A stretch of 64,000 nt of DNA, from the IMG/VR virus record IMGVR_UViG_3300022821_000013, positions 29,251 through 93,250 of that record, one strand, 5' to 3'. The position numbers and the translations under genes were made by a program. Below the pieces are notes generated by a model. That model saw only the letters and a program-made list of their open reading frames with translations. It was not told the origin of the DNA and searched no databases. This document shows, one piece after another, positions 29,553-40,257 of the stretch. This DNA comes from a virus. Position 1 is the first letter of the stretch. Each line of letters starts with the position of its first letter.

Positions 29553-31775
29553 TTATTTTTTGACAAGCATATTACCACGACATTGAGTTTCCAATGTTGT
29601 AGTCCAATCATGAGGTGTTATCTTATGATCAACTTTAGTAAGTATAAATATAACTTTTGCTTTACCGTCTTCATTGTAATATCTACTTGGCATACCATCC
29701 ACCTCAATTACATTGCCAAATCTAAATCCACTTATACCATCAATAGTTATAGTTAGTTCCAATGGATATATAGTTTGTGCTAAATATGAATTATATTGGT
29801 GTAATGTTGTGTTTTCTGGTGGAGTCTCTCTATATTCTTTAAGAGTATTATACAATCCAAGTATAGATGTGCGAGTAACACCAATTTTACCCATAATATG
29901 TTTTGCATGTCGTAAGAAATATAATGCTTTTTTACGTCTATTATTAATGTCATCTGCTAATTTTTTATCATCCTTAATTGCATCTGAGTATAAACTTCCC
30001 AATATAGCTCCAGATTCACCTGTTACATCGTTCATATTAAATCTACCTTCAACATACAATGCGTTTGCCATGGAATTCGGAACATTCAGATTAAAATTTA
30101 TAGATCTAACTATAGGTTTAGTATCATCGTGAGTGCTAAATCGCAATGGCTTCAATCCACCATGTTGTGTATAAGTAAAATTCAAATCAATTAGATTATA
30201 CCAAGAAATATATTTACCATTATCACCAATTATTTCTTCCATTATAAAACCAAGTTTATAAAGTCCACCTGATGCATATGATATTTTATCAAAAATTATA
30301 GTAAATAAATTAAAAATTGTTTTTTCCTGAGTATTATTTATATCTGATATTGATTCTAATATATCCAATACAAAATCAGTCGATATTAATATTTCACCTA
30401 AATTACAAAAATCAGGTGTATCAACCCTTTGGAATTGAGTATTAAATGTACCACCAGATTTGTCCTTACCTCTGTACATTCTAAAATACCCATTATCATA
30501 TCCAGCCGAACGACCCGGAACTTTATGTAATGGTTTATTTGGATGTAAGTTATAATGTGCAGAATTATATGTATCCGACTCATCTATACCACCGTTAAAA
30601 AATATAGTGTCTGGTATACAAGATACAACCTCTTTATCGTATATAGATATGCTCCTAACACCATAAGGAAATTTATATTGCTCTTCTAAATCTATTCTAT
30701 TACCATTTCCATTCTTCCAAGCACCATAATTAGCTGACATATATACACGTTTCTCATCTGGACCTATCCCGAATCTATCAGATCTAGCCGCAACTGCATT
30801 CGTATAATAATATATTAAATCCGAGAGTCCTATATAAACTGTCCATGTAGGAAGCAATGCTTCTGGATAAGATTCTAATGAATATAATTCATTATCCATA
30901 TTAACTGTATCATTTGATTTTGGTTTGGATTTTGGATATTTTATAGGTAATGATCTAGCTGCATATCTAAGTTCAGTATTATCTATAGTTTTGGTTTCAT
31001 TTGAACTTAGAAAATTACCACCCACATTACCTATATCAGCAATATCAATTATTATTTTTTCAGATAAACCCCTTGCATATGCAATTGTAATGTTAGTATC
31101 ACTTACTAATCTAGGGTGTTCACTTTGATTCATTTTAGCATCAACGACTTTAGATGATGCATTTGCTGATATACCTGATAGGAAATAACCTTCACCGACA
31201 GTTTGTAATTTTATAGACCAAGTTAGATCATCATTCATTTCCACATTAAAGTTATAAGTTATACCTTTATATGTATCTTGTGATGGGTCTAAATTTTTTT
31301 TATGTATTTTATTTGTAGTTGCTTTCTCAGAAGTTCTACCAACAGCCCAACCATATTTTATTTGTATATCACTACCTGGCTTTATAATGTCTTTCTCGAA
31401 CTTCTCTAGTTGATCTAACGTAAATACTCTAAAACTTATATCGGCTCTTTGTAACGCACCCCAAGTACCTTGATTTGATATAGTAACATCTTCTAATATA
31501 GGTTCTTTTGGTATAGGATAATCTGACTGATACATATCAATAAATCTATTATCATCACGACCAAAACCAAGTATAGGTTTATCACCTGGTTGTTTAGTTT
31601 TCTTATCTACATAGTAAACTTCACACCAAGATTGCTTTGCTGCTTCCCAATCAAATTTAGTACCATATACACCACGTGTATTATGACCATATATCCTAGA
31701 ACGTTCATTTATTTCAGCTCGGACATCTGGATGCACTTCATTGTATATCGGATTATAATCTATTTGTAATGCCAT
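29553..31775 (-). CDS. Putative baseplate hub protein
   Basis: IKYGW N-terminal motif and C-terminal LTITIDGISGFRFGN...FILTKVDHKI...WTTTLE, typical of gp27/GPD-like hubs; follows the LysM wedge gene. Confidence 0.55.
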   Translation of the reverse strand: MALQIDYNPIYNEVHPDVRAEINERSRIYGHNTRGVYGTKFDWEAAKQSWCEVYYVDKKTKQPGDKPILGFGRDDNRFIDMYQSDYPIPKEPILEDVTISNQGTWGALQRADISFRVFTLDQLEKFEKDIIKPGSDIQIKYGWAVGRTSEKATTNKIHKKNLDPSQDTYKGITYNFNVEMNDDLTWSIKLQTVGEGYFLSGISANASSKVVDAKMNQSEHPRLVSDTNITIAYARGLSEKIIIDIADIGNVGGNFLSSNETKTIDNTELRYAARSLPIKYPKSKPKSNDTVNMDNELYSLESYPEALLPTWTVYIGLSDLIYYYTNAVAARSDRFGIGPDEKRVYMSANYGAWKNGNGNRIDLEEQYKFPYGVRSISIYDKEVVSCIPDTIFFNGGIDESDTYNSAHYNLHPNKPLHKVPGRSAGYDNGYFRMYRGKDKSGGTFNTQFQRVDTPDFCNLGEILISTDFVLDILESISDINNTQEKTIFNLFTIIFDKISYASGGLYKLGFIMEEIIGDNGKYISWYNLIDLNFTYTQHGGLKPLRFSTHDDTKPIVRSINFNLNVPNSMANALYVEGRFNMNDVTGESGAILGSLYSDAIKDDKKLADDINNRRKKALYFLRHAKHIMGKIGVTRTSILGLYNTLKEYRETPPENTTLHQYNSYLAQTIYPLELTITIDGISGFRFGNVIEVDGMPSRYYNEDGKAKVIFILTKVDHKITPHDWTTTLETQCRGNMLVKK

Positions 31776-32113
31776 TATCTATTCGCTTTGTTAAAGTTTC
31801 TAATTTTTTCAGATGGATTGCTATACTTAGGTGGTATTCTTAGTTTAGTGTTTGGTTCTAATGCATACGACGTTGGTAATAAACTATTAGCTAACGCAAT
31901 ATACCACCATAACGTAGTATCATTATAATACTCATCAGCTATCAAATCCAATCTATCACCGATTCTGGTGATTATATATATATCATTTAAACTTGACATT
32001 GGATATGGATATATATAATGATCTAATTTTCTTACATTTTTTAAATCAGTATCACCATGTCGTTTATAATCTATATTAACTATATCTGTATCATCATATC
32101 TTCTATTTGACAT
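31775..32113 (-). CDS. LysM-like baseplate wedge protein (gp53/GpX-like)
   Basis: GDRLDLIADEYYNDTTLWWYIALAN...LRIP. Confidence 0.85.
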   Translation of the reverse strand: MSNRRYDDTDIVNIDYKRHGDTDLKNVRKLDHYIYPYPMSSLNDIYIITRIGDRLDLIADEYYNDTTLWWYIALANSLLPTSYALEPNTKLRIPPKYSNPSEKIRNFNKANR

Positions 32114-32122
32114 TTAATTACC

Positions 32123-35100
32123 TTAATTTACGGATTGATTTTCAGTTAAAATTCCAACTGTACCATTGTCCCATTTTGGATTTGATGGTAATACACCATC
32201 TTTATACATTGTAACTGTTACAACACGTTGACCTTTAGATTTTTCACCATAACCAACAGAACGCATATCACTACCAAATGCAATTGAAGCTAATATTTGA
32301 TTTGTTCTATTTGCATCACTAACACTACCACCAGCCTTAAAGTTAGATACGACTCCAGCCTTAATATTGGATGCTCGCCTAAATGATAATTTGTAATTAT
32401 ATTCATCTGGTCCGCTTGGTGATGCATGACCCTCTATATCAAATTTAGCTTTTGGATTTTTTAACTTCTGGTCTATTATATAATTAGTAACATTTATAAC
32501 CTCACTCGATTTTTTAGGTGTATCTACATTATCATCAAAATCAATATTAAATGTGTATATAACTGGTTCTGGTTTTTCTTCTTCCACAACTGGTTCTGGT
32601 TTTTCTTCTTCCACAACTGGTTCTGGTTTTTCTTCTTCCACAACTGGTTCTTCTGTATATACATCACCAACATAATCATAAATTCTACCCATTTTCCTAG
32701 GTTTGTAATTCCCAATTATAGTGTAATTCATATCAACCCTAACACCCATTGGTAATTCTAATATATCATTATCAGATGATTCTTGATATAAATTTTTTAT
32801 TTCCCAGTTATCTTCTCTAAATGTATATGTTAAATTAGTTATGAAACCTGGTACTTGCCAGTATAAATCACCTAATGTCAATCTTAATAGTGGCCCCCAC
32901 ATACGTTTATCTTTATATACAGGAGCTAACATAGAAGCTAAATAGTTTATTTTCTCATATATAACTTGCATTTCAACTCTGGAAAATGCATGCATATCAA
33001 AACTCAATGTCAAATTTCTATCATACGATTTATAAATATAAACTGGATCAGCTCTACCTATTAATCCATAAGAATCCCAATTAGCATTATGATTTTCAAC
33101 TACACTATTTAAGAATGCTCTCATTACGATAGCGTGATAACCTAAATTACTTTTGTGTTTTGGATCTGATTGTTCAGTTTGAATATCTATCGTATCATCA
33201 GATTCTTCTTTTGTATCACCAAATACAGATGGTTCTATATCTATCTCATTCTTATCTAATAACGTACCACGTGAATCATATTGCTTATCAAACATAAGCC
33301 CTGCACAAGTAATAAAGAATTTTATATAATCTCTTGATCCTTGATTGTATATCTCCGATGCATCTTGACTTAAAATATTTGATTTTTCACTTGCATCTAC
33401 AGTTTTAGAGAAGTCTCTAACCTTAATCATATTAATTTTATCTTCTCTATAAGTTCTCATTCTAGGATCAGACCTATCTATACCTGGTAATCCCTCTTGA
33501 CCCCAACCATATTTCATAATATTTGAATTGTCATAAGTGTTAACTATATTAGGATCGTAATTATAATTAAAGAACTTAGAATCTTTAGTATCTGTACTTG
33601 CTGATATGACATATCTATAGTCTTCTAATTCTTTTGGGTTATATGCTGGATCTCTATTATATCCAAAAAAATCATATCCTGTAGTTGCATATGCACCTAA
33701 TGATTGATCCATTGGTTTTAATCCATCTAAATATTTACCCTCTCGATTATAACTCTCTTCTAATAAATTATCAGTATTATTATGAGTCTTATTAGCTATA
33801 AACGTATTTATTAAATGATTATTGTGATCTACATCACCATATTTTAAAAATTTAGATATTAATGATTTATTTTTAGTTAACTCTTCAAATGGATCACCAT
33901 TATGCTCATCTAATAATTTAGTAGCTGTACTGTTAGGTACACGTGTTCCATTAGCAGATGAATAATATTGAAAGTAAGGTGAATAATATTGATATAATCT
34001 ACTATCTTCTGTTTCTGATATTGAATATCTACGTATTAACGTAGCTCCTATACCAAATATACTCTGTGCACCAGTAGATCTAGATGATATTTTATTTATA
34101 ATATCACCAACATACGAATCTTTTCCTGTTGCAATCCAAGTTATTAAATTTGATATTTTAGATAGAGTTTTATCATATACATCACTAGCATTTAAATATG
34201 AATCTCTAACTGAATAGTGGTGTGGGAATAATTCTTTTGTTAACATTAACAATCTATTATCTGTTCCTTGTTCACCTATAACTAATGACGTATCAACCTG
34301 TGATAGATTTTTACCTTGACTCGTCACATTCCTTTTATTTACTATATATTCGTAATTTTTATGCTTTTCAAATGGAAGTTCCAATCCATGCCTTTGAATT
34401 CTCATTCCACCTGAAGATAGAATAGTTGATAATGGATTGTATATCTGTGTTGATCTAATATTAAATATATTTTCTATCAAACCAAATCCATCCGATGGTG
34501 TCTCAACCGTAGAGTTCATCAATTGCATTCCAACTTGCCTAATAGTATTTAGTATTCCTTTTGCAGAACCCATATACTTTGTTATTCTATAAGCATGTGT
34601 CGCTGAACGGTCGATATACGGTGATAAACGTTCGTATAGGTAAGATTTGTCAAACCCATATCTATTTGGCTCACCATCAAGCTGAATACCACGTAGAATG
34701 TATGGTTGTTGCATCCAATCGTTTTGATGTGATGTATCTCTAAGATTAAACTTAGAATATTGTTCTTTTAGATTTTTATCCGAAAGTATAAAATCAGTTG
34801 ACTTTGGAATTTTGTAAGGTATAAATCCTTTACTGTATTTATTAGAGAACCAATCCACAGGAACCATATTATTCGCTTTCCAAACAAACTCTGATGTATC
34901 CATTATATATTCAGTTTGTTTGATAACATTAAATATAGTAAATCCAGTTGCATTAACATCAGCAAAGAAATTAACACTATTTGGAATCATACCTTTCCAT
35001 ACGAATATGGACGTGTCCATTATGTATTCGGTTATCAGTGGTGGTGCAAATAAAGTAAATCCAGTTGCATTTGTATTAGGGAACCAATTTACAGCTGGTA

Positions 35101-36883
35101 TATCATCACCTTTCCATACAAATATGGAAGTGTCCATTATGTATTCTGTAATTTTTAACTTACCATATATAGTGAAACCAGTCGCATTAACATCAGCAAA
35201 GAAATTAACACTATTAGGAATCATACCCTTCCAAACAAATTCAGAAGTGTCCATTATGTATTCGGTTTGTTTGAAAACAGGATATATAGTGAATCCAGTT
35301 GCATTCGTATCTAAAAAGAAGTTAACACTATTAGGAATTAATCCCTTCCAAACAAACTCGGAAGTATCCATTATATATTCAGTAGATTTTAATTTACCAT
35401 ATATAGTAAATCCAGTTGCATTTGTATTCAAAAAGAAATCCACAGACGGTATATCATCTGCTTTCCATACAAATACCGATGTGTCCTGTATATATTCTGT
35501 ATTTTTAAATATAGGGTATATAGTAAATCCAGTTGCATTTGTATTAAGGAATGAATCTGTTGATGGTATGTTATCCGCCTTCCATACATAATCAGATGTA
35601 TCCATTATAAAATTAGTTTCTTTTAATAAAGAAAATAATGTAAATCCAAATGCATCATCATCTATAAAACTATTAGAAAATGGTATATCATCTGCTTTCC
35701 ATACATATAACGATGTATCATCTTTATAATATGAAGTTAGTAATGGACTGTATATAGTAAATCCATCTGCATTTATATTAAGGAAAAAATCTGTTGATGG
35801 TATATCATTAGATTTCCATACATAATCAGACGTGTCCATTATAAAATTAGTTTCTTTCAATAAAGAAAATAATGTAAATCCAGTTGCATCATCATCTATA
35901 AATGAATTTGTAGTTGGTATATCCATACCTTGCCATACAAATTTAGAAGTATTATCTATATATTCAGTTTCTAATGATTTACCAAATAATGTAAATCCAG
36001 TTGCATTTGTATTTACTATAAAGTTTACAGATGGTATATTATTTGCTTTCCATACATAGTCGGACGTATCTTGTATATATTCTGTATTTTTAAATATAGG
36101 GTATATAGTAAATCCAGTTGCATTGAAGTTACTAAAGAAATCAACATTTGATATGTTATTAGCAGCCCATACATATAAAGATGTATCTTGTATATATTCA
36201 GTTTCCATTGGATTAGCAAATATAGTGAATCCAGTTGCATTAAAATTATCAAAAAAATCTGTTGATGGTATATCATTAGATTTCCAAACGAAATCGGATG
36301 TATCTGTTTTATATTTTGTTTCTTTTGGTTTTGGGAATATTGTGAACCCATCTGCATTCGTATTAGCAAAAAAATCAGTTGATGGTATATCATTGGATTT
36401 CCATACAAACTTAGAAGTATTCTCATTAAAATATGTTTGGTATTCTGTAGCAAATGAATCGAACCCAACAGCATTAAAATTATTAAAGAAATCAACCACT
36501 GGTGGCTCATCTGTTTTCCAAGCAAAATCACTACTTAATAAATTATAATCGGTTATCTTATTAACAGCAAAAGTAGTAAACCCTTTAGCGTTATTATTTT
36601 TAAAAAAATCAATTGAATCTGGCTCATCACCAACCCATACAAAGTTAGACGTGTCATATTTATAATTCGTTGTCTTCTGATTTGTTGTGAACCCAGATGC
36701 GTTCGTATCGGTAAAATTGTTGGTTTGTTGTGTAGTATCAATGTCAAATTTAGAATCTATAGAGGTAATATCAACATTTTGTATGTTGTTAATTGGTTTA
36801 TCATTAAGCAATTCAACCAATGGTTTAGTTTGGAATCGTTGTTTAAAATAATTTTGTGTAGTAATTAGATCTATAAGTGCCAT
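32123..36883 (-). CDS. Large baseplate/tube-initiator protein with 39-aa repeats and C-terminal OmpA-like domain
   Basis: Repeats in residues ~57-700; tube-initiator-like segment (W.SYGLIGRADPVYIYKSYDRNLTLSF...LRLTLGD); C-terminal FD...IEGHAS..G...YN..LS.RRA. Confidence 0.65.
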   Translation of the reverse strand: MALIDLITTQNYFKQRFQTKPLVELLNDKPINNIQNVDITSIDSKFDIDTTQQTNNFTDTNASGFTTNQKTTNYKYDTSNFVWVGDEPDSIDFFKNNNAKGFTTFAVNKITDYNLLSSDFAWKTDEPPVVDFFNNFNAVGFDSFATEYQTYFNENTSKFVWKSNDIPSTDFFANTNADGFTIFPKPKETKYKTDTSDFVWKSNDIPSTDFFDNFNATGFTIFANPMETEYIQDTSLYVWAANNISNVDFFSNFNATGFTIYPIFKNTEYIQDTSDYVWKANNIPSVNFIVNTNATGFTLFGKSLETEYIDNTSKFVWQGMDIPTTNSFIDDDATGFTLFSLLKETNFIMDTSDYVWKSNDIPSTDFFLNINADGFTIYSPLLTSYYKDDTSLYVWKADDIPFSNSFIDDDAFGFTLFSLLKETNFIMDTSDYVWKADNIPSTDSFLNTNATGFTIYPIFKNTEYIQDTSVFVWKADDIPSVDFFLNTNATGFTIYGKLKSTEYIMDTSEFVWKGLIPNSVNFFLDTNATGFTIYPVFKQTEYIMDTSEFVWKGMIPNSVNFFADVNATGFTIYGKLKITEYIMDTSIFVWKGDDIPAVNWFPNTNATGFTLFAPPLITEYIMDTSIFVWKGMIPNSVNFFADVNATGFTIFNVIKQTEYIMDTSEFVWKANNMVPVDWFSNKYSKGFIPYKIPKSTDFILSDKNLKEQYSKFNLRDTSHQNDWMQQPYILRGIQLDGEPNRYGFDKSYLYERLSPYIDRSATHAYRITKYMGSAKGILNTIRQVGMQLMNSTVETPSDGFGLIENIFNIRSTQIYNPLSTILSSGGMRIQRHGLELPFEKHKNYEYIVNKRNVTSQGKNLSQVDTSLVIGEQGTDNRLLMLTKELFPHHYSVRDSYLNASDVYDKTLSKISNLITWIATGKDSYVGDIINKISSRSTGAQSIFGIGATLIRRYSISETEDSRLYQYYSPYFQYYSSANGTRVPNSTATKLLDEHNGDPFEELTKNKSLISKFLKYGDVDHNNHLINTFIANKTHNNTDNLLEESYNREGKYLDGLKPMDQSLGAYATTGYDFFGYNRDPAYNPKELEDYRYVISASTDTKDSKFFNYNYDPNIVNTYDNSNIMKYGWGQEGLPGIDRSDPRMRTYREDKINMIKVRDFSKTVDASEKSNILSQDASEIYNQGSRDYIKFFITCAGLMFDKQYDSRGTLLDKNEIDIEPSVFGDTKEESDDTIDIQTEQSDPKHKSNLGYHAIVMRAFLNSVVENHNANWDSYGLIGRADPVYIYKSYDRNLTLSFDMHAFSRVEMQVIYEKINYLASMLAPVYKDKRMWGPLLRLTLGDLYWQVPGFITNLTYTFREDNWEIKNLYQESSDNDILELPMGVRVDMNYTIIGNYKPRKMGRIYDYVGDVYTEEPVVEEEKPEPVVEEEKPEPVVEEEKPEPVIYTFNIDFDDNVDTPKKSSEVINVTNYIIDQKLKNPKAKFDIEGHASPSGPDEYNYKLSFRRASNIKAGVVSNFKAGGSVSDANRTNQILASIAFGSDMRSVGYGEKSKGQRVVTVTMYKDGVLPSNPKWDNGTVGILTENQSVN
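32561..32650 (-). repeat. 27-nt perfect tandem repeat x3 (EPVVEEEKP linker)
   Basis: AACTGGTTCTGGTTTTTCTTCTTCCAC repeated three times. Confidence 0.95.
34778..36715 (-). repeat. About 17 tandem 117-nt (39-aa) coding repeats
   Basis: Consensus FFxNxNATGFT(I/L)(Y/F)xxxKxTEYIxDTSx(F/Y)VWKxxxIPxx(D/N). Confidence 0.95.
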
Positions 36884-36915
36884 GTATATAAATATATGTT
36901 AATGTATAATAATAG

Positions 36916-39900
36916 TTAATATCTACTTGGTGTCGGTCCGAAATTTGCATTTGCTTTATTAGTTGCTTCGCCAACTTTCTGTCCATCAAGATTAACATTA
37001 ATTTTCATATTAGCCATTAATCTATTAAATTCAGCCATAGCTTCAACCAATGCCTTGTAGTGTTGTTCAGCTGGATCATATATATTTGGATCAATTGGTT
37101 TACCGAAATATCTACTTTGTTCATTGGCTTTACTGTTGTTAGTGGCTTCTTGCATATTACGGTTAGATTTTTTAGTGGCATCATCCATTGGATTACCACC
37201 TTTTTCATTATCTGATTTTGATTTATTAGTATCACCCTTACCACTCCCATCAGCCATATATTTCACAAGTGGGTAAAATGAACCAAATATCATACGCATA
37301 AGACCATCACCCATAGCATAAAATAGGTTACCGAATGCGTTACCCATACCAGACATGATACCTTCACCTATCTTCTCACCTATAGAATAGAATATAGGTT
37401 TATCCGATGCTAACATTTCTAATAACCCATTCATCATTTTAGGTAGATTCATTAGAAAACCAGCTATACTTTTTATTGTAGATTCAAAATTATTATCTAA
37501 CCAATCAGATAAATTAGACACTACCTTAGCAAATGCACTATCTGGTCTATTAAGTTCATATACAAATCTATCTAATACTCTATTTAGAGGTTCTACTAAT
37601 GGCCCTAATAATACATCTTTTATTTTATCCCACGCAAGCCCAAGTGATTCCATAAATGATAATGATCTTTTACTACGCAACACTTCCTGAACTATCATAC
37701 GCTTCCTAGTATCAGTAATACCATCCAACTTATTTTTTAAATCATCAATACCCATATCATATACATTGAAACCTAAATCTCGTATGTTCTGTTGTCTAGT
37801 TAAAATATCAGTTAATTCTTCAGATGTCATACCCAATGCCTTAGCGAATGCTTGTTGTTGGAATGGTAATTTAGAAGTAAATTCATTTAGACTACCAGCC
37901 TGCTCTAAAATAGATTCAAACATTAAATCGGTTCTACCTATCATTTGATAATATCTAGCTGCATCAAGATTTATATTTTTACCATATATAATCCTAGCTT
38001 CCATTTCATCTTTCAATGAACTTTCAACATCAATTAATTTATTACCAAAACCATCAATATCTTTCAAGCTACGACCTAACATCTTAGATTTCTGAACTAA
38101 TAATACCATTTCCTGTGTAGTACCTTTAAATCCAGCTGCTATATCTAATGGTATATTAGATAATTCCTTAAATACATTTCTCCAATCTAGTATAACACCA
38201 GTACCATCTTCCATAGCCATCATAACACCAGAGATACCATGTACCATACTATTAAAATTAGAACCTAAAGCTAACGATACAAGATTTAAATTTGATGCTT
38301 CCTGTACAGATAGTCCTAAATTGGCAGTTATCAACATCAAACTTTCTAACATAGAATCGTATGTTTTTGATATACCACCACTCATCATCAAACCACCAAG
38401 TTCTTTTTGATAATCAACCTGTAATTCTAATACTTTTAGAAATGTAGTTCCTAACGCAGATGTCTTTTCAAATTGATTGGCTAGTTGTCTAGACGCATTA
38501 ACCATATTAGTTATCTGGTTTGCTGATGTTCCTGCTTTCTTACCTAAATCAGCTAATGATTGATTCATATCTACGATTGCTTTAACTACCAAAGCAATAG
38601 CTACTATAGCCCCAACTACAACTACAGCTACAATCGCCACGGTTGCCCCAACTACTACTGCTGCCGCAGATAAACCAGCCATCGCAGCTGACATACCTCT
38701 TACTGACGCAATAGCAGGGCCCAAAGTTTGGTTCATTGATTTAAACGCCATACCCATCTTACCAGGGTCTTTCATTAGTCCTTGTTTGACTGCATTTTCA
38801 TTAGCAAAATAATTATGCTTGAATTTCTCTTTGAAGTTAGTTGATTTTTTTGCAAACCCACCTAAATGTGATACCACCCTACCAACACGACTTTTCTCTA
38901 ATCGCTGTGTAAATCTTTCTGGTGCACCACCAATCATATTAACTGGGTGACTTTTAAATTTTAATTGTTCTTTTTGTAGTTTTTGTTCTTCATTGTATTG
39001 TTTTTTTAATCCAGTTAAATATTTTTTACCCTCACGTGCCTTATGTTGATCCATAACACGTTGATGCTTCATCATAGAATTGAATATTTTAATCTCAGTT
39101 CTTAATTTATCACGTGCTTCTTTCTCACGTATTTGTTCCATAACACGCTGATGCTTCATCTGAGCTTTAAATAGTTTAGTATTAACCCTTATACGTTCTT
39201 TCTCATCTCTATCTATCAATCGTTGCTTAATATTCTCTTCTTTCTGTTTATCACGTGCATCTTTATTTCTTATTTGTTCCATAACACGTTGATATTTCAT
39301 CTGAGCTTTAAATACTTTGGTTTCTGTTTTTATACGAAACGCTTCATCTCTATCTAATCGCATTTGTTCCTTACGTGCTTCTTTCTCACGTATCTGATCC
39401 ATAACACGCTGATATTTCATCTGAGCTTTAAATAGTTTGGTTTCTGTTTTTATACGAAACGCTTCATCTCTATCTAATCGTATTTGTTCCTTACGTGCTT
39501 CTTTCTCACGTATCTGATCCATAACACGCTGATATTTCATCTGAGCTTTAAATAGTTTAATTCTAGTTCGTAAACTATATTCACCATCCTCATTTTTGAC
39601 AGAAGTTGGATTATCAAAATTACGTTTGTATGCACCACTATTATGAAATGAATTGCGATTTGATTTAACCTCACCACCAACCATATTAGGTATTTTTGAA
39701 ATTGATCTTAGTTTGCGATTTAAATCTATTAATAGATTTGTAGACTTATTTAGGTTTGTATTGAATCTATGTAATGATTTATCAATACTAACATCTACAT
39801 TTTTATTATTTGATACATTACCTTTATTAGATAGTTTCTTTATATCAGTTAATATTTTTTTATTTTCTTTTTGTTTTTTTATAATCGAAGTATGTAATCG

Positions 39901-40023
39901 ATCTAGTTCTTCTTGTTCATACTTTTGGCTTTGTATAACATCATGAAGATCATCTTGTAACTGTCTCAATTCCTTTAAATTTTCAACACGTTTATTATGT
40001 AGTTCTTGTTCTTTAGGATCCAT
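36916..40023 (-). CDS. Tape measure protein
   Basis: 1035 aa, helical, hydrophobic Ala/Val stretch, LIDVESSL..EMEA...G..INLDAAR; downstream of the tube and chaperone genes. Confidence 0.8.
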   Translation of the reverse strand: MDPKEQELHNKRVENLKELRQLQDDLHDVIQSQKYEQEELDRLHTSIIKKQKENKKILTDIKKLSNKGNVSNNKNVDVSIDKSLHRFNTNLNKSTNLLIDLNRKLRSISKIPNMVGGEVKSNRNSFHNSGAYKRNFDNPTSVKNEDGEYSLRTRIKLFKAQMKYQRVMDQIREKEARKEQIRLDRDEAFRIKTETKLFKAQMKYQRVMDQIREKEARKEQMRLDRDEAFRIKTETKVFKAQMKYQRVMEQIRNKDARDKQKEENIKQRLIDRDEKERIRVNTKLFKAQMKHQRVMEQIREKEARDKLRTEIKIFNSMMKHQRVMDQHKAREGKKYLTGLKKQYNEEQKLQKEQLKFKSHPVNMIGGAPERFTQRLEKSRVGRVVSHLGGFAKKSTNFKEKFKHNYFANENAVKQGLMKDPGKMGMAFKSMNQTLGPAIASVRGMSAAMAGLSAAAVVVGATVAIVAVVVVGAIVAIALVVKAIVDMNQSLADLGKKAGTSANQITNMVNASRQLANQFEKTSALGTTFLKVLELQVDYQKELGGLMMSGGISKTYDSMLESLMLITANLGLSVQEASNLNLVSLALGSNFNSMVHGISGVMMAMEDGTGVILDWRNVFKELSNIPLDIAAGFKGTTQEMVLLVQKSKMLGRSLKDIDGFGNKLIDVESSLKDEMEARIIYGKNINLDAARYYQMIGRTDLMFESILEQAGSLNEFTSKLPFQQQAFAKALGMTSEELTDILTRQQNIRDLGFNVYDMGIDDLKNKLDGITDTRKRMIVQEVLRSKRSLSFMESLGLAWDKIKDVLLGPLVEPLNRVLDRFVYELNRPDSAFAKVVSNLSDWLDNNFESTIKSIAGFLMNLPKMMNGLLEMLASDKPIFYSIGEKIGEGIMSGMGNAFGNLFYAMGDGLMRMIFGSFYPLVKYMADGSGKGDTNKSKSDNEKGGNPMDDATKKSNRNMQEATNNSKANEQSRYFGKPIDPNIYDPAEQHYKALVEAMAEFNRLMANMKINVNLDGQKVGEATNKANANFGPTPSRY
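39030..39560 (-). repeat. 120-nt (40-aa) repeats in the tape measure N-terminal region
   Basis: KLFKAQMKYQRVMDQIREKEARKEQIRLDRDEAFRIKTET: two near-identical copies plus three degenerate partial copies. Confidence 0.9.
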
Positions 40024-40039
40024 AATTCCATTCTAAAAT

Positions 40040-40076
40040 AATAAGCATTTCTATTAAATAAATAGAAATGCTTATT
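40040..40076. promoter_or_regulatory. 16-bp perfect inverted repeat upstream of the tape measure gene, overlapping a TATTTAT box
   Basis: AATAAGCATTTCTATT-AAATA-AATAGAAATGCTTATT. Confidence 0.7.
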
Positions 40077-40257
40077 TGTTTTTACTATCTTCATATTGCT
40101 TATTTTCAGTCTCAATCTGCTTAATTAACATATTAGTGTATAATTTTCGTTTATTGACTGGCATCTCATATACATCGTCAAATGTAAAACCACCTTTACC
40201 AAAATATATAAGATTAAAAATTTCTTGATTTATATACAGACTACTCTCGTAGCCCAA
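40072..40257 (-). CDS. Tail chaperone second ORF (probable frameshift extension)
   Basis: QEIF.LIYFGKGGFTFDDVYEMPV..R motif; only a TTG start; overlaps the upstream ORF at a T7 run. Confidence 0.7.
   Translation of the reverse strand: MGYESSLYINQEIFNLIYFGKGGFTFDDVYEMPVNKRKLYTNMLIKQIETENKQYEDSKNK

Noticed and set aside
34778-36715. 117-nt repeats as a CRISPR array or a diversity-generating retroelement
   Set aside because: They are in-frame coding repeats with synonymous variation, no repeat-spacer structure, no adenine-specific pattern evident, and no reverse transcriptase in the window.
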